A stretch of 64,000 nt of DNA from Podarcis cretensis (taxonomy: Eukaryota). The position numbers and the translations under genes were made by a program. Shown in pieces: positions 34,461 through 47,335 of this stretch (its first letter is position 1; each line of letters opens with the position of its first letter). The notes below the pieces were generated by a model, which saw only the letters and a program-made list of their open reading frames with translations, did not search any database and was not told the origin of the DNA. The DNA lies in the NCBI GenBank assembly GCA_951804945.1, contig OX638160.1, positions 27,032,001-27,096,000 of the forward strand, read 5' to 3'.

Positions 34461-35012
34461 GAGGAGCCAGAGCTCAGACCACATGTTTGGTATGCAGAAG
34501 GTCTCAGGTTCAATTTCCAGCATCCTCCAGGTAGGGCTTGAAAGAGGCCTGTCTGAAACCCTGAAGAGCCACTTTCAGCCATTGGTAATGCTGAGCAGGT
34601 GGCGCTGTGGGTTAAAGCCTCAGCGCCTAGGGCTTGCCGATCGAAAGGTCGGCGGTTCGAATCCCTGCGGCGGGGTGCGCTCCCGCTGCTCGGTCCCAGC
34701 GCCTGCCAACCTAGCAGTTCGAAAGCACCTCCGGGTGCAAGTAGATAAATAGGGACCGCTTACCAGCGGGAAGGTAAACGGCGTTTCCGTGTGCGGCTCT
34801 GGCTCTGGCTCTGGCCAGAGCAGCGATGTCACGCTGGCCACGTAACCCGGAAGTGTCTCTGGACAGCGCTGGCCCCTGGCCTCTTAAGTGAGATGGGCGC
34901 ACAACCCCAGAGTCTGTCAAGACTGGCCCGTACGGGCAGGGGTACCTTTACCTTTACCTTTAATGCTGAGCAAGATAGATTTGAGTTGGTATCAGGCATC
35001 TTCTGGTATGGT
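34461..35012 (+). mobile_element. Older tRNA-derived squamate SINE (Squam3-like) split by a Sauria SINE
   Basis: TGCAGAAGGTCTCAGGTTCAATTTCCAGCATC..CAGGTAGGGCT..CTGAAACCCTGAAGAGCC before the insertion and GCTGAGCAAGATAGA...GGCATCTTC after it; family assigned from a recalled consensus. Confidence 0.55.
34598..34960 (+). mobile_element. Sauria SINE, young subfamily
   Basis: 12-bp TSD TAATGCTGAGCA at 34586-34597 and 34961-34972; a few 5' bases missing; (ACCTTT)3 tail. Confidence 0.93.
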
Positions 35013-37454
35013 TCCAAGTCTTCTATGAAATTAAGTACCGTTAACAATAATTCCTGATGTGGTACTTCTGGGTATCATTCTTGATGAGCTCCAGCCAAGC
35101 AGCATATTTTGCATAAATATTTAGCTATGTGAGTCTTTGGCCGGTCAGTGCAGCTTGTTCAGGACTTGTGCAGCCCTGAAAAATAAACCCATGGCTGCTT
35201 GGTATTTACAAGCATGGGACTTTGTAACTCTGGAAAATTTGCTCATCAAGTTCAGCTTTCCAGACTGAAAGCATTCAGAGTCAAATGGCACCATTTTGTT
35301 TGTTTTCTTTTCAATAAATCTCACTTGGTGCTGCAAGTTAATTATACATATTTTTTAATTGATTTGTACTACTGCTCTGTCTTCTGAGATTTGTTTTTCT
35401 TCATTGTCTTAAATGAAAAAAGTTAACTGCTTGACATGTAGCTGTATGTATTTTGGAGTACACAGAATTTTTCTGTGTCTATTTTATAAGTATGTAAGAA
35501 ATAAGAATGTAAAATGGAATGCCAAACTAGACTCCCTTCTGAGCCTCTGTGATGTCTTGTTGCCACAGTAATAGAAATTACAGCTTTTAAAAACACAACA
35601 AAAAATTCTGACCTAGAGAGCTACAAATAGGTCCATAATTTTTGGATTGAATTTAGTAGTGATGATCATCAGTAAGACTTATGACCAGACTTACTGTTCT
35701 TCAGATTCACAGTCTTGGAAAGCTTCTAGATCCATCACAGTGCAAGGAATTGTAACTATCTTCCATGGTTGAGCTACCTCCTCACAGACCAAGGGTTATT
35801 GACTATTGTTATTTTCAGGTGGGATTCAATCACACATCAGTGAGTTCAAGCTGTGCAATTGTAGCTGAGTAGGAGGTCTTGCACAGGAAGCTCACTTCCC
35901 CCAAAGATTGGACTTTTGCGATAAGGAAAGTGACTGACAAATGCAGCAGGAAATGTTGGGTAACACTTGCTTTGATACAGTGTCATCTAACCTCCCTGCA
36001 AACAAATCAGGATAACTGCATGATAAACAGGTTGTCTGAAAGCACTCCTAGTCCAGGCAGTGTAAGCTATTATGTATTCCTTACATTTTCATCCTGCCAT
36101 TCCCCTAAATTGCTCAGTATGGCATAGGTTTCTGCCCCGTCACCACTCTTGTATCTTCACAAGCACACTGTGAGGTAGGTTGGGCTGAGAGAGTGTGACT
36201 GGTCCAAAGTCACCCAGTGAACTTCACACATGAATGGGGATTTCTAGCAGTGTCTCCCTAAGTCATAGCTCAACAGTATAGCCGTCAGGCCCCTGCAGAG
36301 GCGGGGCGGGGAGGCGGGCAGCTGGGTATACTTGCCCCAGGCCTCAGAGGGCAAAGCCTGCCAGATTTATGCTGTCATGCCAATAACAAGACTCCTGCCC
36401 CAGGCTTCAGATGACGTGATGTGTGTGTGTGTAGTTACACACATATCGGGCGCGCCTAAAACAGTCACTGCCTGTAGAACATTATTATTGTCCTTAGTTT
36501 CCAACATCCACACTGGTCCTGTTTAAAGGTGCCAAACCTGTCCTTTACAACTCTGCATCTCCATAGCGGTGGACACTTTTCTTGCATGCAGCGACAATCT
36601 TTAATAAAAAGCTGCTTGTTGTCCTCAATTTTACACCACCTGTGCACAAAATATAATAAACACAGCAGGCAGGGAGATAATTATAGTGGCTGCCTGATGC
36701 TTGCGGTCCTTGGTTTCCCTTGAGGTACATAAAACTCTGAACCTGATTATTTCCAAAAAGTGCTGTAAGTACTTTTGCAGGGTAGAGGGTGATAGACTGG
36801 GATTTAGTGATTAGTGGATTTTTAATTTGTTTTGGTACACTGTGTTATGTTTTGCCTTTACTCATTTTGTTGGGTGTTTTAAAAGTGCTCTGATCGTTCC
36901 TCAGCTCTCGGAATAGTCAAGCAAAGGTCATGTTTTCTTTTTATGGCACAAGAAGAGTCACTGGCTGCCTGGGATTTTTTGCAGAAACACTCATTTTATA
37001 GAATTTTTGCTTGTTGGAGACATAGTAGATGATACTGAAATTTAATTTAAGCTTTGATCTGCTGCAAATATATATACACTGTGCTTATTTACTTGGCACT
37101 GCCTTTGAGATTACATAGCCTTTGCAGAAAGACGTGATGTGAAAACCTTATAGGAGGGAATTAAAGAGTGTAATCCACATGGAGGATCTCCTGCCCTTAG
37201 AAGTTAACAGCCTGTATATTGTGCATTACAATGGGGCTTGCAAAAGAGAATGTCCTGGTGGATATGCTCAAAGTAATTGCATTTCTTTTATCTGTTTGAT
37301 TAAACTGTTTAAACAGGAGTGAGGAACCTCTGGTCCAGGACACATGTGGCTTCCCAGACCTCTCTACATGGCCTAAGGCCATACCCTGAGAACATTTGGC
37401 TTTCTCTTAGCACAGACCCAGGTCATTGGACCTGAGCTTCCACAGCCTCCAATC

Positions 37455-37783
37455 CATGGGTAGGCAAACTATGCCCAGGGGCCAGATCCGGCCCAATCAC
37501 CTTCTCAATCCAGCCCGTGGACGGTCCAGGAATCAGCGTGTTTTTACATGAGTAGAATGTGTCCTTTTATTTAAAATGCATCTCTGGGTTATTTGTGGGG
37601 CCTGCCTGGTGTTTTTACATGAGTGGAATGTGTGCTTTTATTTAAAATGCATCTCTGGGTTATTTGTGGGGCACAGGAATTCGTTCTTTTTTTCTTTTCT
37701 TTTGTTCAAAATATAGTCCGGCCCACCACAAGGTCTGAGGGACAGTGGACCGGCCCCCTGCTGAAAAAGTTTGCTGACCCCTG
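37455..37783. mobile_element. hAT-type MITE with internal duplication of about 70 bp
   Basis: Ends CATGGGTAGGCAAACT / AGTTTGCTGACCCCTG; GTGTTTTTACATGAGT...GGGTTATTTGTGGGG occurs twice; TSD not clear. Confidence 0.7.
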
Positions 37784-37875
37784 TTTTAATGTGTTGTAAA
37801 CTGCTTGGAATTTTTAAATTAAAAATATAAAGTGGTATAGAAATGCAAATGCAAATACAAATGCAAATGATGATG

Positions 37876-37876
<1 letters not shown>

Positions 37877-37913
<37 letters not shown>
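37877..37913. repeat. (AAT)n microsatellite
   Basis: Trinucleotide run; explains the poly-Ile in ORF 37638..38285. Confidence 0.9.
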
Positions 37914-37915
<2 letters not shown>

Positions 37916-38624
37916 CTCTCACTTGCTCTGCTCTGCACCCTCCTTGAGAGTTTGCCAGGCTGGAATGAGAACTTGAATTGGAACAACACCTCTTCTTTGC
38001 CTCAGTGGACAGATGTGAAAATCTGCAGGAGCCTCTGACTTTGTGTGACTGGAATGTAGCTTCCTGTACAGAGGTAAGAGATAAACTCGCTGCTCCACTC
38101 ACTTTTGCATCTGGACATGTGATGCCAGAGGGAAGGCCGCCCCATTGCTGCCTTAAACTAATACCAAGGCAGTGTACAATAGAACAATTCCAAATGAAAT
38201 AGTGATTCAGAAAGAATTGAATGTGGATCCAAATGAACAATTTCCAGAGAATGCATTCTAAATGCATAATATATACTGAGCACACACAATCAATGTCAAA
38301 TTATACACAATGTCATCCATGCAATAAACTCCACAACTCGACTCCTGTAAAGTACAGAGTCTTACAGCGTGTTATTATATAATTGGGTGCAACTATAAAA
38401 CATAAAACATATCTAACAACAACAGCCTCCTGAAAAGTTTGGAGGGTGGAGAATTACCTGAGCATTACCCATGTTTTATTTTGGCTAAGGTGCTAGTAGG
38501 AGCAGGCTCCAATGGACTGATCTGGCTGTCCTCCAATGGAACAGAGCACAGTCACATTGGGATGAGTTTTCCTGAGCACAGAGAAGTAGCATGTCCAGTG
38601 TAAGCATGGTGACAACCTTGTAAG

Positions 38625-38754
38625 CAGTGCTATTTTTCTTGAAAAAAGAGGTGCTAGAACTCATCATGAATGCCTCCTTTGTTCTCTTATAATGGCAATG
38701 TTGCCCACCTGAGAGGTGCTGCCAGAACTGAGTTCTGGCTGAAAAAAAGCCCTG
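38625..38754. mobile_element. Short hAT-like MITE
   Basis: Ends CAGTGCTATTTTTC / GAAAAAAAGCCCTG, similar to the termini of 12090-12547. Confidence 0.55.
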
Positions 38755-40821
38755 CTCATAAAGACAGATCAGCATTAATACTGTATCCCTATATTGCAGT
38801 TAATGGGTTGAAACTGAGTAGTGGCTGGTTTTAGGGCCACCTGTGAGTGCTTGGCTTATATTTTTAACTGAGTGCTTGTAACTGACTGTCCTTTCATAAA
38901 ATCACTTTCCAATGACTATACTTCTCTTTGTATAATCAAACAAACATGTTGCATTAAACGGTATAGGGCTTGGTGAGGGTGAGACTAATAGGGACTAGTA
39001 ACTTAGTTTTACACAAATCAGTCACTGGAGCATTCCTGAATATTCACTGCCTCCTGTGCTAGTGAAAGAGCTTCAGCCGCCGTCTAATTCTCAAGCCGAA
39101 CAGTCTGATCTTTTCAAGGTGAGCAAACTGGCATAAACATATTTTCCTTGGCTATGGGAGAGATTTATGAAGCGTTTACACTGAGCTGTCAGGTGGAGTC
39201 CTGACAAGGTTATGCCTTCCTGATCAGGTGCTATTCTTGGCAACTCTTCCCTTCTACAAAGGATATTTCAGGGAGCCCTCATTGAACAGTCACTCATCCT
39301 GAGTACAACTGCATTCCTAATGTAATATCTTTGAGCATTAGACTCAAAGCACTTGAATATGATGAATAAATATTTAATTCTATTTATGCTACTAACTTAT
39401 GCACAAGAGACACAGTCTATATATTTGAGCAGAATCAGAATGTAGCTTTAGTACATTGCTTTGAAAATAGCGAGACCTGCATCTTTTTATTGACTAAGGA
39501 AACAGAATATCTAGTTTCTTGCTTGGAAATGTTTTTCCAAAGAGGCCAGGAGTTAGGCCAATTTTTCTACTTTACAGGGGGTGGGGGTGGGGATCCTCTG
39601 TTTGCAGGAGTCCTCCATTCAAAGGGCTGTCTGATCCAAGACCCAAATAAGAGAGAGTAGAAGCCTTGAAGCTGCCCATCAACAGTTAGCTTCTGGAATG
39701 AGCACACAAGCCACTTGTGCAATCTTCCCCACTATGGTCACATGTGCTTTATTTCTATTTAAGCAATAGTAGTTGTTTCCAAATAAGCACCTGTATGCAC
39801 ATATTAGCATATGCTAATTTTATTTGAATTTGCACTCATTTTGTGGCGATGCGTTTCCTCTCTTAAGCCAGTGCCTAAGTGACCATCGTGAAGGCTGCCT
39901 TTGAATCTCACCACAACATGGGCAACAGGACAGTATTCTGCACCCTACCAGAGGTCTTGGCGCACAGTTTTGTCTTCCAACTCCTCATGCTTTTCCCACC
40001 CACCAGCATCTGCCACTTGAAACATCCACACCTCACTCTACCAAACAGCAGGGCTGTAACAGCAGTTGCTGTAACAATGCTGCATATATATGGAGCATTT
40101 AACTGTGTTTTTTATTGATGCATTTTCATTTGTTCTTGTATATTGATATATGCTTGTACGTATATTGTAAATCCCTTAGAGAAGATCAGTACGAGGTAGT
40201 TATTATTATTATTAATCTATTTGCATTTCATTGCCAACAGCTACACTGAATTGTTGTGCACCACGTGGTACCAAATAGCTTTTAAAAATCTCCCACCTCT
40301 GACCTTTTCCTAGGTCCAGTCAGGCCTCTCCTAGGAGTCTTAGTGTATTCTGAAGAGGGTCCTGTGTTCTTGCTATGCTTGATAGGCTCTTCATTTTCAG
40401 AATGAGTCAGCTTGACACAGTGGCAGGGCCTGACCTCAAGATTTGCGCCAGGAGAATTCTTCCCCGAAAGTCAGTCAAGGAGATGCTGATGTTAACAGAC
40501 AGGAGGATTTTTGCAATTCTCCTCTCTCTGCTCCTCAAGTATATACAGTACTTGGAAGTTGCACTGGGCATAGAGCTTGTAGCTAATTGTCTGTCCCTTG
40601 CTATAGTATAAAAAAACCCTTTCCTTGTGAACACATTGCTTTGGGGAATGCATGAATGCTGGTCTCTTTTAGCACAGTTTGAATGTACTGTATAGACACT
40701 GACGGATTTCCACATCTCATCAAATCTATAAGCGAGATGGATAAATTTTAAGATGCGCGGGTGGAGGGTTGATTGACATCAACCCTTGTGATGCCAATTT
40801 ATTGTAATATACAGATAAGAC

Positions 40822-40998
40822 CATAGGATCCAACTCCTAGGGGTTGAGGTCCCTTTGCCCGCCCAATAAAATCTGTGGGGGCTGCCCCCCCCAAGTTGAT
40901 GGTCATTGCCAAACGGTGTGTGTGCACCTTGACTTGTTTATGTGGGGCGGGGCTTACCTGCCCCCCCCCCCAATATTTTATTCAAGTTGGCACCCCTG
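40822..40998. mobile_element. hAT-like MITE
   Basis: Ends CATAGGATCCAACT / AGTTGGCACCCCTG; 8-bp TSD GATAAGAC / GATAAAAC. Confidence 0.7.
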
Positions 40999-43451
40999 GA
41001 TAAAACATTTAATAAATCTTAGATTGCTTATGAAGTTGCAATGCTGAAATTTTCAGAAAGTAGATAAAATGAAGACTTCTTGTCAAAGGAGGCTTTCCAG
41101 GTGTGTTGATTACATGACCCTGACAGTCACAAGCCAAAGTCAATCATGGGATGACAATTGTGCCCCCATGCTGATTCCTGCTGGTCTAACAGTCAAGTAG
41201 TAAGTGTCAGAATCAGTGTAGCTGATGCAGGCAAAAAACAAACAATTGCTATACAAAATCTGGGCATCCTCTTCTTGGGTATCTCCTACCTACCCCTGCC
41301 CGCAGCTCCCCAAAACATTTATGGTTTAGTGCTAAACCACAACTATGGCAAGAGAAGACTGGTCAGCAAGACCGTGCAAGCACAAAAAGTTAAATCACAA
41401 TAAACTAGGAAGCTACATTGTGAATCATTCATGTAGCCAACTTATTGCTCTATAAACTTATTCCCCTAACATTCAGACACATTTTGGGGTGATTTTGACA
41501 GGGCTGATCCAGGATATTTTGCTCATTGGGACAAAGGACAGCTCCTTCCTCCCACATCAACTAATTTGCATATAGAAGCCAACCAAGTTGGTAGTTTATT
41601 TCATTTATTTAGACAATCTCTTTACCACTTGCTAACTAAAAAATATTTCTAAGTGGTGTACAGCAAACTAAAACAATTTTACAAAAATACACAATAAAAA
41701 CATTAATTCAAATTACTAATAAACATCTATGTTGCTGTATCTTCCCCTTCCCTCTCCCACAGTAAAGGTAAAAAGTTCATAAAATGATAGCCTTAGTGGC
41801 CATACAGCTTTGGGTTTTGTTTTCTCTGCAGGTATTATCATAAAGCAAGATAAGGCTGCTCTGTTTCAGTGGCATTTGGCCATTCTGGGTTATATTAATA
41901 GCATACAATTCAATCACTCACTGTGAAACTTTAGAACAGGCTGGAGATATCAGTATATTGAGCATGTACTATGTGGACACCTATAAGACCTTGAAAGGCA
42001 GCTCCTTTTCTCAACGCTGTCCAACCTTGGGAGAGCTTGTGCTGCAAACCACACTATGAGGCAAAATGCTACAGTGTCCTCTTTTTGACCTGGTGTAGGA
42101 ATCTTAAGTCTTCATTATGGAGACACTCCTGACATTTACAGCATCTGTGCCAGCGCTATAGATAACGGAGGCAGTAAACCAGTTCTCTTCCATGTTACTG
42201 TTCCAGATGCAGCTTCTCAGTCCCACTGACCTTGCCTGTGATTCTGCTGTGTCGCCCAAGCCTGAATCTGGGAAAATAGGAAGCTAGGATAAAAAACATA
42301 CCCTCCAACATTTCTTTGATGAAAATAGGGACGTGCTAGTCAATAATAATAATAATATTTATACCCTACCCATCTGACTGGGTTGACTCAGTCTCTCTGT
42401 GTGGCTTCCAACATATATAAAAACACAACAAAACATTAAACATTAAAGCTTTTAAAAATTCCCTGTACAAAAAACAAGAAGGTAAATAAGAAGTGGGAAT
42501 TCCAAAGTATTTTCTCCAGAGCTGATGTTGGGGGCACATGGAAAGTTGCAGAGAGAAGAGAGGAAGGGAAAATCCCACCCCACAAATCTAATTCTGTGCT
42601 GTTCGGGCACAAACACTGTTGGATACAGCCTATAGCAATTTGAAAAACAAACTCATTTTATTGTTACTTTATATTGAAAATTGCTAGATAATATATGTGT
42701 GTGTGACCTATTCCACAGGGGGGGCGGGGAAAGAGGTGGGGGGAAGGAACCAGATGTAGTACCCTCATTGGAGGAAAGATGGTATAAAAATGTAATTAAT
42801 GACATCTCAGTCTGCAGGGTGGCCTGAGGTAAGCCACTATTTATTTAGCATTAGCCCCTCATATAAATATAGATACAAAATGGGAACTGCAACAAAATGT
42901 TGCAGTGAGGAATGGCCTGTTCCAGCCTGCCAGCCAGGCTCTCTCCAAATATATTCCATTCCCCTTCACCCAAGTTTTCCATTCCTCTGTCTTTCTCCCT
43001 GCTTTTGTACCCTGTGCTAGACAGATAGAACCAAATGGTTAAAATATAATTTGTACTGCCAGCTAAACACATGAAGCAAAGGTGAACACATTTCCCCTAG
43101 TGCAGGATACCTTCTAGATTAATTCACCTTGGCCAACTGATGTGTTAAAATTCAACACTACCTATGTACACTTTGCCTTTTATAAGTCTTTGTTAAGCTG
43201 TTATTGCAGAAACACTTGACCCAGTGTCATGTGGACACCATAAAGCAGAAGAGGAAGTCAACTACTTGTGCATTCATCTGTTCTGAAAAGCGAGGAGGAC
43301 TTTTTGCAGAGTGACATGCCAGTTTCGGCAGAAGTTGCTGGTGCAAAAGGCAAGCCCCCACAAACTGAACGCACTTGCTGGACCACCCATCTGCTTATAT
43401 ACTTCACCCTACTTTTCACCCCTGAAAGTACTATAAATCTGTTGGGTACTC

Positions 43452-43812
43452 GAGCATCCTTTCCCAACCTTGGGTCCTTAGCAATTGTTGGACTACAACT
43501 CCCATCATCCACAGCCAGCAGTGGTCAGGGATGATGGGAGTTGCAGTACCTCTGGGAACCCAAAGTTGGGAAAGGCTGCCCAAGAGAGCATCCTTTCCCA
43601 ACCTTGGGTCCTTAGCTGTTGTTGGACTACAACTCCCATCATCCATAGCCAGCAGTGGTCAGGGACGATGGGAATTGTAGTACCTCTGGGGACCCAAAGT
43701 TGGGAGAGCCTGTCCTAGAGAGCATCCTTTCCTAACCAACTCCCATCAGCCCCAGCTAGCACAGGCAGGGATGGTGGGAGTTGCCGTCGAAAACATCTGG
43801 AGGGGACCAAGT
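43452..43812. repeat. Tandem array of a 134-bp palindromic MITE-like unit (2 full units and 1 partial)
   Basis: Units start with GAGCATCCTTTCC at 43452, 43586 and 43720; each full unit is a hairpin ACTACAACTCCCATCATCC...GGGA(T/C)GATGGGA(G/A)TTG(C/T)AGT. Confidence 0.88.
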
Positions 43813-43839
43813 CAAAGAAGGCGGTACTGGAGAAGGAGA

Positions 43840-45300
43840 GTCCTCCTCTCGCCAAATTTGGCGGGGCTTCTCTTGAGAGTAAACTTGCTTAAGGCTTGCG
43901 CTGGTCGGGGGGGGGGGCGTTTTGACTGCCAAGAGGCCGCCAAGTTTTCCGCGCGCAGTTTCCTCGGGAGCAAAAGTTCCCGCCTTATATATCAAGTCAG
44001 CCTCGCGCGGGGAACGGGGCTGGTTCGGAGCCTGACGACAGAGAGAGAGAGAGAGAGAAAGAGAGAAAGAAAAGAAAAGGAGCCCAATTGCATTGTGAGA
44101 GAAAGAAAGAGAACTGAACGCTGGCGAGGGAGAGGAAGAAAACTCCCCGACGAGCCGGCGTCCCTCGCTCGGGCCAATGAGCGGCGCGCGGAGCGGGGAG
44201 CGTGGGCGGGGCGCGGGCGGCCTCCGCCTCCAGGGGAGAGAGCTAGGGCGGCCGGGAGGGAGAGAGTTGTTCTTCGGGCCGCGGCTGGAGGAGCAGCAGC
44301 TGCTTGGCTGAGGGGCGGCAGCAGTAACCTCCCTTTTTCTGGCCGCAGCTCCTGACAGGGCTTTGCTCCTCCTCGGCGCCTTCCCTCCCTCCTGCTTTTC
44401 TCTCTTACCCTCCCCATTCCTGGGGTCTCTTTCTTCCCCGCAGATATAACCCCCCCCCGCGCCCTCGCCTCCTTTCTCCACCCCTCATTGTCTCGGGGAG
44501 CGCGTCGCCCAATTCCTCGAAGGGGCGGGCGGGAGAAACTTGGCTATGGGTGAGGGCGGCGAAGTAGCGGCGGCCGCGGCGCTTTCTGCGTCTCGGGGCA
44601 CCTCCGCGTAAAAAGAGCGAGAGGGCGCAGCGCTTCCCCTTCTCAGCCCGACGGAGCGGGGCTTTCCCTGGGGCGTCTTGTGCGCGTGCAGAGCAGCACC
44701 GGCAAGCCGCCTCCTTTCGGGCTGAGGTTGCCTCTTCTTGCCCTGCTCCCGGGCGGGCGCTGGGTGACTTTCTCGCCGCCCCCTTCTGCTCCTTCTTCTT
44801 CTTCTCCTCCTCTTTCTGCGCTCTCCCAGCGGAGCCAGATGTGCGACCTGCTCGACTCGCAGCCGCCGCCCGCCGAGAAGAAGCTCAGCAGGATGAAAAA
44901 GTTGCGGCGAACTTTGTCGGAGAGTTTCGGCCGAATCGGTGGGTGAGAGCGAGCGAGTTAAGCCGGGGGATGTCGGTGGGTTAGGCTCGCTCAGCTGCGC
45001 GTAGGGCGTCTATCATCATTATTTTTGCCAGCCTTCGAGGCTGCGAGGGGCAGCATTGTTTACGTCAACGTTTTCCTTTTTTAAGGGAAATTCTCTTATT
45101 CCGAATAGGATTCCTCGCAAGAAAAGGGAAAAGTTAACAGCTATGCTTATGCCTCGCTTGCTCCTCCTTGGGTGCCCTTGCTCCGCGAGGAAGAGCTGGG
45201 GAGCGGGGGGGGAGACTAGAGCTCTTATTCTGTGTCGCTTTATGCGGATGAAGTCCTCTTTTTCTCTTTTGACGCCCCTCCCGCTTTCAGTTTTTTGTGC
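43840..45300 (+). promoter_or_regulatory. CpG-island promoter of CDK14
   Basis: High CpG density; CCAAT at about 44174; multiple GC boxes; GA-repeat 44041-44078; overlaps the CDK14 ATG exon. Confidence 0.88.
44839..44938 (+). CDS. CDK14: Cyclin-dependent kinase 14 (PFTAIRE1), first coding exon (MCDLLDSQPPPAEKKLSRMKKLRRTLSESFGRI)
   Basis: Matches the human N-terminus MCDLIEPQPAEKIGKMKKLRRTLSESFSRI; donor G|GTGGGT, phase 1. Confidence 0.95.
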
Positions 45301-47177
45301 AACATCTGGTCGAATACGCAAAAGTTGCTGCAAGGTCGGATTCATCACCCCCCACCCCCAAACCCAGATCACTGTCTCAATTAGAAGTGATTCCCAATTC
45401 AATGTATTTAGGCTAACAGCCCTAAAATTTATTTTTAAAAACGTCGAGTATTAATGCTCGACACGTAACAAAACTTTACTCTGTGTTGAGTATATTTTAC
45501 ATCATAGGTTCGATTTTCGTGTATTGGAGATAATTTAAGATTAGTTATTTCTTTGCAAACCTGAACTAAGTTCTCTTTCGTTTAGTCGAGTGGTTAAAAG
45601 GTGGCGCCCCTAACTCCTCCTCTTCACAAAAGTGTATTGAAAGTGGAGTAGTGATTTTTAATTCTATGCTAATTACTGACTGTGCTGGACTTGGGAGTAG
45701 AAGTTACCGTACTCTGTATTAACTGGCCCCATGCATTCAAATAGCCTTTAGTTATGGATTTGAGTGTTATGCTTTGGGAGGGGGGGGGGAATGAATAGCA
45801 TCTTGTAGGTGTGCCTGATGAACCACTTAATGCACTGCATCAGCTTTTGCCAACCTGGTGCCCTCCAGATGTTTTGGCCTGCCTAGCATGGCAGCTGAGC
45901 CTGATGGGAGTTGTAAATCCAAAACATTTGGAGGACTTCAGGTCTAGTGCAGGTTGCGTTACATATGCCTGAGGTTTGCACTGAAAAAAATGTGAATGAG
46001 ATGAATGTGTATCATAGTAGCTTGCATTCATTACTGCTTTGATTGACTGCAGCTGTCAAGTACATATATCATGGCAAACATGGATTTGATGCATGAGATG
46101 ACCCAGTTAGAACATGCCCATTATGTTGTAGAAAGAGTCAGAGTAATGTGGGTCCGAATGGTTTATAACTTGAAACTACTCATATTGCATGTAGCCTGGC
46201 TGGACCTTTCAGAGGCACCCTCCTCTCCTATTATAGAAGGAATGAGTCACAAAAGTAAGCTAATCATCCCCCAAAGATGATCATCCCCCAAAGGTAACAA
46301 AGTGTGCAATGAATGAGCAGCAGTATTTGGAAATTATTTTGAGGGGTAACCTCTTTTGTGGCGGGGGGGGGGGGCGGCTCCTACATATCCACTTTTAATA
46401 TTGTTGTTATAGCAAAAGGAACCTCTCTATTTTATTAGGCCCTGTTCTGTAATTAAAAACCAAAGTGGGACATGCAATGCCACTTAATTACATAGTTTCT
46501 GCTGGTGGAGTATAAATAAGTGGGAGCTTAGTTTTCCAGATGGCTTAGCTGTAAGGGAGGCCGTTGTTGGGATTGTGAATTAGCCGAACTGACAGGTTCT
46601 GGTCCAACTTACGGATGCAAAGTTATTTCCTTTTCCTTTAAACCTTTGCTTAATACTGTTATGAATCTACAGTGCTGCTGGCTTGCTGACTCACAAAGGA
46701 CTTGCAGGCTGACACACCATTGCGAGAGCCACACATATTTTAATTTCTGTTCTTGCATCTCCCAGCCAGATTGCCAATTGGAAGTGACATAGGAATAGAA
46801 AAACGATGCCCTGTCTTCTAAACTATTCCATTCGTTTCTGTTATCTTAAATCTTGTGACCACTGTTTTACTTCACTCAGCCCCGCCTGCCACTGAGTTCT
46901 TAGTCATTTTTTCGGCATTTCTTGCTTTGTCCTGAATATCCTTTCTAGAGTACAGAGTGTGATAGTGTGGACAAAGGGAGGGGGGTAAGGCTCTATGCTT
47001 GTGCAAGACACTTTACAGCCCTGTCTTGAACAATCCCAAGAACTCTCCCCAAGTGCGTTTACTTGGGGTGAAGTCCCATTAATTCTCAAAGTGTGTACTG
47101 TATAGGATCGCAGCACAAACCCTCAAATTCTGAGCACATTTCTCTGAGAAAATTCCCCTGAACTTGGTGGGTGCTTG

Positions 47178-47335
47178 CAGTGGCGTAGCGTGGGTTGTCA
47201 GCACCCGGGGCAAGGCAAGTAATTTGCGCCCCCTAACCCGTGGATTTGCGCCCCCTAACCCGTGGATTTGTCCTAACCCCAGATGTTGCGCCCGGTGCGG
47301 CCGGCCCCCCCTGCACCCCCCACGCTACGCCACTG
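47178..47335. mobile_element. Young hAT-type MITE, copy 1
   Basis: Perfect 17-bp TIR CAGTGGCGTAGCGTGGG; perfect 8-bp TSD GGTGCTTG at 47170-47177 and 47336-47343. Confidence 0.93.

Noticed and set aside
37638-38285. 215-aa ORF with poly-Ile
   Set aside because: Runs through an (AAT)n microsatellite and a MITE.
30200-43400. A second PTTG1IP-like paralogue or other gene between the PBF-like gene and CDK14
   Set aside because: Only isolated splice-like sites (for example the donor near 39119 and acceptors near 40400 and 41831) with no consistent reading frame or homology; non-coding exons cannot be excluded.
43452-43812. CRISPR-like repeat array
   Set aside because: Vertebrate DNA; whole units are duplicated with no unique spacers and no cas genes.
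43756-44481. 241-, 194- and 141-aa ORFs upstream of CDK14
   Set aside because: Low-complexity translations of the CpG island and GA repeat; no homology recognised.
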